From positions 1 to 39,684 of the IMG/VR virus record IMGVR_UViG_3300000292_000030: a stretch of DNA of 39,684 nt. The stretch is one strand, 5' to 3'. The position numbers and the translations under genes are program-made. The notes under the pieces were generated by a model that was given only the letters and a program-made list of their open reading frames with translations, had not been told where the DNA came from and did not search any database. This stretch comes from a virus. Shown here piece by piece: positions 31,968-39,426 of the stretch. Every line of letters starts with the position of its first letter. Position 1 is the stretch's first letter.

Positions 31968-32466
31968 AAGAATAAAGATAAAAAAGGGCATCTGGCATAA
32001 AGAATGTGATTGTAGATGTGATAACTTTATAAGAATTTTAAGAGGAAGTGCATTATTAGTTTTTAATTGCAAGAACTGCAATTTAAGACCAGAGAGGGTA
32101 AGAAATGTAATATTGACTATGTTAGATGAAGATGAAGAAATACAAGAGTATACATATAGAGAAGAAGCTATAAAGACAATGTATAAAGAGAGAGTAGTAA
32201 ATCCGATTATTAATGCTATGAAAAATCATAATTATAGAAAAATAATATTACCAATATATGTACCAGGAGTAAAAATAAAAGATATAGATATTGAATTTAT
32301 GAAAAGACAAATTGAAGCTAAAAAATTAGAGATAATCAAATTTGAGTTATCCTCAATACAATATAGATACACATATAACATGGTTATAGAAATAAAAAGA
32401 AAAGATGTTACTATATATGATCATCATAAGCAAAACAATACAATTCATTTGATAGGAGGAAAATAA
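31960..32466 (+). CDS. hypothetical protein (168 aa, N-terminal Cys cluster)
   Basis: GGAGGGACTAT SD upstream; CDCRCDN...CKNC motif. Confidence 0.5.
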   Translation: MNKRIKIKKGIWHKECDCRCDNFIRILRGSALLVFNCKNCNLRPERVRNVILTMLDEDEEIQEYTYREEAIKTMYKERVVNPIINAMKNHNYRKIILPIYVPGVKIKDIDIEFMKRQIEAKKLEIIKFELSSIQYRYTYNMVIEIKRKDVTIYDHHKQNNTIHLIGGK

Positions 32467-32514
32467 AATTATAGGGAATATATACGAAAATAAAAAACTA
32501 CTGGAGGGGAAATA

Positions 32515-32691
32515 ATGGAAGACAGAAAAGAATCGATAAAAAAAGCATTACTAACAATAAAAAAAGAATGTAGTAGATATGATGAATGCGAAGATGGACA
32601 ATGCATAGTATTGGAATTACTGCCTAGTCTTGATATATGTCCGTTATACCATAATAGTCCAGAAGATTGGGAGATAGAAGAATATGAATAG
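32515..32691 (+). CDS. hypothetical Cys-containing protein (58 aa)
   Basis: GGAGGGGAAATA SD upstream. Translation: MEDRKESIKKALLTIKKECSRYDECEDGQCIVLELLPSLDICPLYHNSPEDWEIEEYE. Just below the track cutoff. Confidence 0.45.
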   Translation: MEDRKESIKKALLTIKKECSRYDECEDGQCIVLELLPSLDICPLYHNSPEDWEIEEYE

Positions 32692-32758
32692 AGTAATAGC
32701 AGATGCAATAATCATAGTGGTTATTGGTGCATGGATAGTGAGTAGATTATGCATGTAA
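32684..32758 (+). CDS. 24-aa hydrophobic peptide, hypothetical
   Basis: The ATG overlaps the upstream stop (ATGAATAG). Translation: MNRVIADAIIIVVIGAWIVSRLCM. Confidence 0.25.
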   Translation: MNRVIADAIIIVVIGAWIVSRLCM

Positions 32759-32841
32759 GATACAAATAATTGACATAAAAAAAGGAATGCTTTCACATTC
32801 CGACAAATTCCTTAATAATATTATAACAGGAGTGTGGGAGC

Positions 32842-33300
32842 ATGGCTAGTAAAACAATAGAAAAAGATAAAACATTTTCAGATGCAGAAGGTAAGTTATA
32901 CAATTATAATTCTATGAAAATAGAATTAAACAGTCTAAAAATAGATTTAGAATATTTAGAAATAGATTACAAGGGATGCAAAGCTATTAGCTATGCTGAC
33001 GAAAGAACAGGACAAACAAATAACATAAGCAATACAGTCGAAAATGAAGTACTTGCAAAAGAGAGACAGATAATAGAAATAGAAAATAAGATACATAAAA
33101 AAGAGAGACAAATTAGAAAAATAGAAAATGCACTAGAGCTGCTAAAAGAAGAAGAGAAAAGACTTGTTAGCTTTAGATATTTCTCTAATAGAAAAAAAGC
33201 ACCAAGCTGGTTAGATGTAGGAGAAGAAATAGGATATAGTGATAAAAAATGTAGAATTATGAGAAACGATATAATAAATAAAATAAAATCACTTATATGA
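32842..33300 (+). CDS. ArpU/RinA-like late-gene transcriptional activator (sigma region-4-like C-terminus)
   Basis: 152 aa and the last gene before the packaging module. N-terminal LYNYNSMKIELNSLKIDLE and C-terminal RLVSFRYFSNRKKAPSWLDVGEEIGYSDKKCRIMRNDIINKI fit the ArpU family. Confidence 0.65.
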   Translation: MASKTIEKDKTFSDAEGKLYNYNSMKIELNSLKIDLEYLEIDYKGCKAISYADERTGQTNNISNTVENEVLAKERQIIEIENKIHKKERQIRKIENALELLKEEEKRLVSFRYFSNRKKAPSWLDVGEEIGYSDKKCRIMRNDIINKIKSLI

Positions 33301-33349
33301 TTTCCGTAAAAGTTCCGTAAAGTTACCTCATAATTTCCGTAAAAGTTCC
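33300..33349 (+). repeat. three direct copies of TTCCGTAAA(A)GTT (two of them the 17-mer ATTTCCGTAAAAGTTCC)
   Basis: Copies at 33300..33316, 33313..33324 and 33333..33349, starting at the last base of the arpU-like stop codon. Confidence 0.85.
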
Positions 33350-33589
33350 TTTTTTGGACAGAAAACTATAGTATATTTGTATTATAGGAAAATATAAAGG
33401 TTGTTTTTTTTACGAACTCTTATTGAATGTCAGATAGCCTGGTAACCTATTTGACTAGTATAATTGCTACAGTTTTTTTAAAACATTGGTTTTTTCTTGG
33501 CACAGACTTGTGTCCTCCCTAAGTATTAAGTATATAATTAACAACTTAGTTATGACAGGAAATGGCTGGGGGTAAAACCTCAGCAACGT

Positions 33590-33645
33590 GCAAGTAATGG
33601 AAATCACTCCCCCATGTGATACAGGTTCGAATCCTGTAGCTTGCT
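33590..33645 (+). ncRNA. tRNA-like element (acceptor-like helix + canonical T-arm), not a complete tRNA
   Basis: The T-arm is ACAGG-TTCGAAT-CCTGT (33621..33637) and contains GGTTCGAATCC. The flanks GCAAGT(A) at 33590..33596 and (A)GCTTGC at 33638..33644 can pair. Only 24 nt lie between them, so there are no D or anticodon arms. Confidence 0.3.
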
Positions 33646-33707
33646 AATTGTAATTACTATCATACAACAACAGAAACAGATTTTAATCTCATACTCAATT
33701 TGAAAAA

Positions 33708-33729
33708 GAGCCCTTCATGGGCTCCTTTT
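33708..33729 (+). terminator. intrinsic terminator 27 nt upstream of the first packaging-module ORF
   Basis: A GC-rich 6-bp stem (gagccc / gggctc) with loop ttcat, followed by CTTTTGTTG. Confidence 0.6.
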
Positions 33730-33755
33730 GTTGTGCAAAGAAAGAGTTGATCTAA

Positions 33756-34040
33756 ATGAGTAGAAAAATATTTCAAAGAAAAGAGTATTCAATTTATAGA
33801 TGTAGTGACGGATTTGTTGTACATAATACAAACAAGAAATTTGAAAACGGGCATACACATGTAAATAATTTTTATAAAGCTAAGATACTGGTTATTATGG
33901 CTATAAAAAGAGAGATAGACGATAAGCTAAGTAAAAGAGATATAGAAAGTCTTATTAGATTAACGAATGATAATAGATATAGAAATAAATTGATAAATAA
34001 ATTAGAAAGGAGTGGTATTAATGGCGAAATTGACAGCTAA
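33756..34040 (+). CDS. hypothetical protein (94 aa) preceding terS
   Basis: ATG 33756. It overlaps the terS start by 20 nt. No recognisable motif. Confidence 0.45.
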   Translation: MSRKIFQRKEYSIYRCSDGFVVHNTNKKFENGHTHVNNFYKAKILVIMAIKREIDDKLSKRDIESLIRLTNDNRYRNKLINKLERSGINGEIDS

Positions 34041-34524
34041 ACAAAAGAAGTTTGTAGAAGAATACTTAATAGACCTTAATGCCACTCAAGCGGCTATTAG
34101 GGCTGGATATAGCACGGAATCAGCAAAAGAAATTGGTTGTGAAAACTTAACGAAACCTAACGTAAAAGCTGAAATAGACAAAGCTATAGCGGAAAGAAGT
34201 CGAAGGACAGGTATTAATCAAGATAGAGTTTTAAGGGAATTAGCAAAGATAGCATTTGTTAATCCAGGAGATGTAATAAATTTAAATCAAGCTACTGTAA
34301 AATCAGATGCAAAAGAAGAAGATTTAGCAGCTATAGCAAGTGTAAAAATAAAAAACATACCAACAGAAGATGGAGAAATAACAGAAAGGGAAATAAAACT
34401 ATGCGACAAACTAAAAGCATTAGATTTACTCGGTAAACATCTAGGAATATATGACAAGAAAGATGCTGAGGATAAAAACCTAACAATAACAATCAATAAG
34501 GCAAGTGAAAAAAATGGAAATTAA
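34021..34524 (+). CDS. terS: terminase small subunit (Terminase_2 / P27 family)
   Basis: [49 protein letters not shown] is the family signature. ATG 34021 lies behind AAAGGAG (the track starts at GTG 34012). Confidence 0.85.
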   Translation: MAKLTAKQKKFVEEYLIDLNATQAAIRAGYSTESAKEIGCENLTKPNVKAEIDKAIAERSRRTGINQDRVLRELAKIAFVNPGDVINLNQATVKSDAKEEDLAAIASVKIKNIPTEDGEITEREIKLCDKLKALDLLGKHLGIYDKKDAEDKNLTITINKASEKNGN

Positions 34525-35788
34525 TATAACTTGCAATGATCACTTTGAAGATTTTGTTTTAGATTGGAATTATAAATTTTATTTTCTTGTTGGTGGTTAT
34601 GGTAGCTCTAAAAGTTATCATGTGGTCCAAAAGCTGCATCTAAAATTATTACAAGAAAAGAGATTAGCATTAGTTGTAAGGGAAGTATATGACACTATAC
34701 GAGATAGCTGCTTTTCACTTTTACAAGATGTAGCGGTAGATATGGGAATATACGATATGCTTAAATTTAAGACATCGCCAATGCAAGTAACATATCCTAA
34801 TGGAAGCAAGATAATTTTTAAAGGTATGGATAAACCGGCTAAATTAAAATCCATCAATGGTGTATCTATTATATGGGTTGAAGAATGTTCCGAGGTTAAA
34901 TATGAGGGCTTTAAAGAACTTTTAGGACGTTTAAGACATCCTACACTCAGTAATCACATTATACTTAGTGAAAACCCTATAGAAAAGGCTAACTGGACTT
35001 ATAAGCATTTTTTTATTGATGAAGAAAATAATAAGAAAATACTTGATGATGAAAAACTTTATATTGAAAGAATTATCAAGACAAATAATACATACTATCA
35101 TCATTCCATTTGTGATGACAATTATTTTCTACCTCAGGACTATATAAAAGAGCTTGATAACATGAAAGAATATGACCCAGATTTATATAGAGTAGCTAGA
35201 CAAGGTAGATTTGGTATAAATGGTACTAAAGTATTGCCACAATTTGAAATGATGGACCACGATTTAGTTATGGCCAAAGTAGGTTCTATACCTTCTAGAT
35301 TTTATAGAGCTGGTATGGACTTTGGATTTGAAACTTCATACAATGCATTAGTTAGAATTGCTATAGATGATGTAAATAAAGATTTGTATATTTACTGGGA
35401 ATATTATAAAAATCATATGACAGATGATAAGACTGCTAAAGAAATAGATGAATTTAGAGTAAATAAAGAGTTAATAAGAGCAGATAGCGCTGAGCCCAAG
35501 ACAATTAGATTTTATCAGCAAGAAGGTTTTAAAATGATAGGGGCTAAAAAATATCAAGGCTCTAGGCTTCAAAATACTAAAAAAGTAAAAAGATTTAAGC
35601 ATATATATTGCTCAACTAAATGTGTTAATGTAAAAAAAGAATTGAAGGAGCTAACATATAAGCAAAATGAAAAAGGTGAGAATATATATGATGAATTTAA
35701 TATAGACCCTCATACTTTGAGTGCTATTTGGTATGCATTAGATGGCTATGAGGTTGCAGATTATAAAAGACATTATCACAGTAGATAG
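34505..35788 (+). CDS. terL: terminase large subunit (PBSX/Terminase_3 type)
   Basis: Walker A-like VGGYGSSKS, Walker [10 protein letters not shown], and a C-terminal nuclease region. The start could be GTG 34505 or ATG 34514. Confidence 0.9.
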   Translation: MKKMEINITCNDHFEDFVLDWNYKFYFLVGGYGSSKSYHVVQKLHLKLLQEKRLALVVREVYDTIRDSCFSLLQDVAVDMGIYDMLKFKTSPMQVTYPNGSKIIFKGMDKPAKLKSINGVSIIWVEECSEVKYEGFKELLGRLRHPTLSNHIILSENPIEKANWTYKHFFIDEENNKKILDDEKLYIERIIKTNNTYYHHSICDDNYFLPQDYIKELDNMKEYDPDLYRVARQGRFGINGTKVLPQFEMMDHDLVMAKVGSIPSRFYRAGMDFGFETSYNALVRIAIDDVNKDLYIYWEYYKNHMTDDKTAKEIDEFRVNKELIRADSAEPKTIRFYQQEGFKMIGAKKYQGSRLQNTKKVKRFKHIYCSTKCVNVKKELKELTYKQNEKGENIYDEFNIDPHTLSAIWYALDGYEVADYKRHYHSR

Positions 35789-35803
35789 AAAGGAGGTTAC
35801 AAG

Positions 35804-37228
35804 ATGCTTAATAGTTATCAAGAGTTTGTTACTGCTGAACTTACTGGATTGTATGGCTCGGCAGTATTACAAGAAATGAACGATATACTAAGACTATATG
35901 ACATATACGAAGGTCGAGAAAACTTTATAGACAAGTCAGAAGAAAAAGACTATACACAGACAGAAAAAAGAACAAATCTGATTAAGAAGCTTATAAAAGA
36001 AGAATCTAGATTTTTATTCGGTAAGACTCCAGAGTTATACATTCAACCTAAAAATGATACAGATGCTGATAAAGATAAAGCTGAAGAAATAAATCTTTAT
36101 TTAAATAAAATATTAAAAGATAATCTATTCTCAGAAAAACTTGTAAAAGGTGCTAGAGACTGCTTTATCGGTAAAAGAGCTGCTATTAAATTATATGCTA
36201 ACCAAGATACAAAAGAGATTAGGATAATGTTTTTACCTAGCTTGGAATTTATCTATGAGAGTGACGAGGAAAATCCTAACGAACTTAAAAAGATAATATT
36301 CTTCTATCAGACAAATAAGGAAGTTGAAAAAGACAAGCAACGTATTTGGAAGCAAAAGTATGAAATGGTAGATGGAAGATGCATATTAAATGAAGGTATC
36401 TACAATGGTAATGGGATATTAATAGAACCTATAAATGTAGATGTAGACTTGCAATTAAGCGGTATTCCTTGCTATGTAATCATCAATGACGGACTAAGTG
36501 GCGACCCATTTGGAGAGAGCGATGTAAAAGAGCTTTTAGATAATCAAATTCAATACAACAGACTATCCTCAGAAGATGTAGACACACTTAGAAAAGGTAT
36601 GGATAGGATTATTTATGGTGTCGACATAGACCCAGAAGCATCTGAAAAATTTCAACTAAAGCCTGGAGCATTTTGGGACGTACCAACAGACCCTACAGCA
36701 GAAGGGAAACAAGCTACACTAGGTACAATACCGACAGACTTTGGTTATGGAGACAAGATAGAAAACTCATTAAAACGTATTAAGTCAGATATGTACGAGA
36801 TGCTAAATATACCAATGCTATCAAATGACGAGCTAAAAGGCATGATGACATCAGGCAAAACTATGAAAGCACTGTATTGGCAACTTATTACTAGATGTGA
36901 AGAGAAGATGATGGCATGGCGACCAGCTTTAGAGTGGTTAATAAGAGCAATACTTGAAATTACAGAAGTGTATCAAATAGAGAAATTACCGCAGCTTGAT
37001 TATACTGTTACAGTCGAAAATAACTATCCTTTACAGGAAGATGAAGACGAAGAAAAGACGTTAGACTTGCAACAAGTAAATGCACAGGCTATGTCTAGAA
37101 AAACATTCATCAAGAAATGGCAAGGTGTTACAGATGATGTGGCTGATGCTGAAATAAAACAAATAGCATTAGAAAGAGAAATGTTAGAAGAAAGTTATGT
37201 ATCTGGAATGAGTGATCCAGTTGAATAA
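35804..37228 (+). CDS. portal protein (SPP1 gp6-like)
   Basis: 474 aa directly after terL, behind AAAGGAGG SD. The size and acidic C-terminus are typical. Confidence 0.85.
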   Translation: MLNSYQEFVTAELTGLYGSAVLQEMNDILRLYDIYEGRENFIDKSEEKDYTQTEKRTNLIKKLIKEESRFLFGKTPELYIQPKNDTDADKDKAEEINLYLNKILKDNLFSEKLVKGARDCFIGKRAAIKLYANQDTKEIRIMFLPSLEFIYESDEENPNELKKIIFFYQTNKEVEKDKQRIWKQKYEMVDGRCILNEGIYNGNGILIEPINVDVDLQLSGIPCYVIINDGLSGDPFGESDVKELLDNQIQYNRLSSEDVDTLRKGMDRIIYGVDIDPEASEKFQLKPGAFWDVPTDPTAEGKQATLGTIPTDFGYGDKIENSLKRIKSDMYEMLNIPMLSNDELKGMMTSGKTMKALYWQLITRCEEKMMAWRPALEWLIRAILEITEVYQIEKLPQLDYTVTVENNYPLQEDEDEEKTLDLQQVNAQAMSRKTFIKKWQGVTDDVADAEIKQIALEREMLEESYVSGMSDPVE

Positions 37229-38105
37229 TTTTTTTAAACAAAAGAATAAAACTGAAAAAGAGATGACTAGAGAAATAAAAAAAGCATATAAGAGAGTAGC
37301 AAATAATTTGATTAAAAGATTGGCTCTAGTTAATCCAGATACGATGACATATGACTATTTAAGACAAACTGCTAAGTATCTAGAAAAGGAATATAAGAAG
37401 CTTAATAAAAGACTTAATAAAGATATAGAAAAGGCTATTGTAAACACCGTAGAAGGCTATACACAAAGCCAAGTAGAGTTTTACAGTGATTTATGCAAAC
37501 CTCTATCTAGTAGCTTTGAAGATATGTTTATTAAAGTGAATAAGCAAGTTTTAGACAATGTTATTACAGGCAAAATGTATGGAGATAACATAAAACTTTC
37601 TGACAGACTTTGGAGCAATCACAACAAGACTGTAAAGACTATAAACGATATACTCACAGATGGATTTATTAGTGGTAAAAACAGTAAAGATATAGCTAAA
37701 GACTTAGAGGTTTATTGTAATCCAGATTATTTAAAGGAATACGAAAAGTTTACTATTCATCCTAAAAGCAAAAACAAGGTTGAATTTAATTCATATAGAT
37801 TAGCAAATACATATATAAATCATGCATACCAAGAAGCAACAAGGCAAAGTGCTAAGCATAATCCATTTGTAGAAAAAGTTGAATGGCTAAGCGGAACAGA
37901 CGATACTGTATGCGATTTATGTAAAGAACGAAACGGAAAGAAATTTGATAAAAATAAAGTACCTTTAGACCATCCACTTGGCAGATGTACACTATTACCA
38001 GTCATAGAAGATGATTTAGAAGATATAGCTAGAGAGTTAAAAGACTGGGCTAATGGTGGTAAAAATGAAAAGCTTGATAAATGGTTTGAAGCATGGGAGG
38101 TATAA
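37212..38105 (+). CDS. minor head / head morphogenesis protein (SPP1 gp7 / Mu F-like)
   Basis: VCDLCKERNGKKFD....PLDHPLGRCTLLP is the conserved C..C...G / HP.CRC motif. It follows the portal gene. The start could be GTG 37212 or ATG 37263. Confidence 0.8.
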   Translation: MIQLNNFFKQKNKTEKEMTREIKKAYKRVANNLIKRLALVNPDTMTYDYLRQTAKYLEKEYKKLNKRLNKDIEKAIVNTVEGYTQSQVEFYSDLCKPLSSSFEDMFIKVNKQVLDNVITGKMYGDNIKLSDRLWSNHNKTVKTINDILTDGFISGKNSKDIAKDLEVYCNPDYLKEYEKFTIHPKSKNKVEFNSYRLANTYINHAYQEATRQSAKHNPFVEKVEWLSGTDDTVCDLCKERNGKKFDKNKVPLDHPLGRCTLLPVIEDDLEDIARELKDWANGGKNEKLDKWFEAWEV

Positions 38106-38108
38106 ATA

Positions 38109-38375
38109 ATGGAACTGTGTGAAGAAAAACTAAAAGAATACTTAACTGTATTAGGATATAGAGAAGAAGTCCAAGATAGATTGATAAAATTTGCTAGAGA
38201 AATTAACAAACTTATTAATCGAATTACAGAGTTTTTAGATGCAAATTCTATAAATAATCAAATAAGAACTAAAGCTAACAAAGAAATCAAACAAGAATGG
38301 AGAAAAGCTTTCAAGTTGAAATCTCAAGTAATAAACAGAAAGCCGAATTTTATAAGATGTAGAAATTGTTGTTAG
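38109..38375 (+). CDS. hypothetical protein (88 aa, basic C-terminus ending RCRNCC)
   Basis: SD GGGAGGTATAAATA upstream; no recognisable motif. Confidence 0.45.
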   Translation: MELCEEKLKEYLTVLGYREEVQDRLIKFAREINKLINRITEFLDANSINNQIRTKANKEIKQEWRKAFKLKSQVINRKPNFIRCRNCC

Positions 38376-38384
38376 GAGGATAAC

Positions 38385-39158
38385 ATGAAAAAAGTGTTTT
38401 TAGGTGGAACTTGTAACGATAGCAAATGGAGAGATAAATTGATTCCAATGCTCGATATAGATTATTTTAATCCAGTAGTAGATGATTGGACTGAAGAATG
38501 TTACCAAGAAGAATTAAGACAAAGAGAAATATGTGACTATTGTTTATATGTTATAACTCCTAGAATGACAGGAGTATATAGTATAGCAGAAGTAATAGAT
38601 GATAGTAATAAAAGACCTAATAAAACTTTATTCTGTGTGCTAATATCAGATATAGATTATATACCTGATATTAGATGGAATGAAGAATCGAATAAATTTT
38701 TTATAGGACATGATGAAACAGAAAAACAATTTGATGAAGGGCAAATGAAATCTTTAGACAAAGTTGGTGTTATGGTAGAAAGAAATGGTGGGAAATATTT
38801 TAAATCACTAGAAGAAGTTGCAAGTTATTTAAATAAAGTTGGAACAAAAAAAATAAGAGGAGTCGAAGGAATTTCTAATTGGGTTAAAAGAGGACATGAA
38901 ATACTTCCTGAAGACAAGTGGGAGTACTGGGATGAAATTGTTCCAATAAGAGCCAAAGACCTCTATGAAGGAATGGAATTGGATTGCACATTAGACATAG
39001 AAGAAATATTACAAACAAAAACAGAGGATAGTTTTAAAAGAGCTAGTAATGAATTAGATAGTCAAGGTCATTCTGGAATGTCATATGGCTTAATGAAAGC
39101 AATGATAGCACAGTTTTGTACAAATGGCAAAGAGTTTGTAAAATACTTAGAAGGATAA
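38385..39158 (+). CDS. nucleoside 2-deoxyribosyltransferase-like (Nuc_deoxyri_tr2-type) domain protein with an uncharacterised C-terminal half
   Basis: The N-terminal ~150 aa read KVFLGGTCNDSKWRDKLIPMLDIDYFNPVVDDW..EE....E.CDYCLYVITPRMTGVYSIAEVID, a pattern I recognise from that family. The C-terminal ~100 aa are unassigned. Confidence 0.5.
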   Translation: MKKVFLGGTCNDSKWRDKLIPMLDIDYFNPVVDDWTEECYQEELRQREICDYCLYVITPRMTGVYSIAEVIDDSNKRPNKTLFCVLISDIDYIPDIRWNEESNKFFIGHDETEKQFDEGQMKSLDKVGVMVERNGGKYFKSLEEVASYLNKVGTKKIRGVEGISNWVKRGHEILPEDKWEYWDEIVPIRAKDLYEGMELDCTLDIEEILQTKTEDSFKRASNELDSQGHSGMSYGLMKAMIAQFCTNGKEFVKYLEG

Positions 39159-39171
39159 GGAGAGTAAATAA

Positions 39172-39417
39172 ATGAAATTACAAGATACAGTAGATTTAAT
39201 GTTAGGAACAGATTTTAAAGATAGATTTAAAGCTGAATATTATCAACTAGATAATAGAATAGCTGGATTGCAAAGAATGCTAGAAGGATATAAAAATGGA
39301 ACTCTTAATTTTACTCCTAACTGCTCATATGAAATATTACATGCTCAATTAGTATGTATGGAAGCATACAGAAATGTATTAGAAGAAAGAGCAAAAATAG
39401 AAAATATAGAATTATAG
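39172..39417 (+). CDS. hypothetical conserved phage protein (81 aa)
   Basis: DFKDRFKAEYYQLDNRIAGLQRML...C....L..Q...M..Y..VLEERA resembles a small family widespread in Firmicute and crAss-like phages of unknown function. Confidence 0.5.
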   Translation: MKLQDTVDLMLGTDFKDRFKAEYYQLDNRIAGLQRMLEGYKNGTLNFTPNCSYEILHAQLVCMEAYRNVLEERAKIENIEL

Positions 39418-39426
39418 GAGGACTTT

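Noticed and set aside
33590-33645. A canonical (possibly suppressor) tRNA gene.
   Set aside because: Only the T-arm and an acceptor-like helix can be drawn. Just 24 nt lie between them, and no D-arm or 5-bp/7-nt anticodon arm fits in any register. No CTA anticodon is in a loop context. I kept it only as a tRNA-like element.
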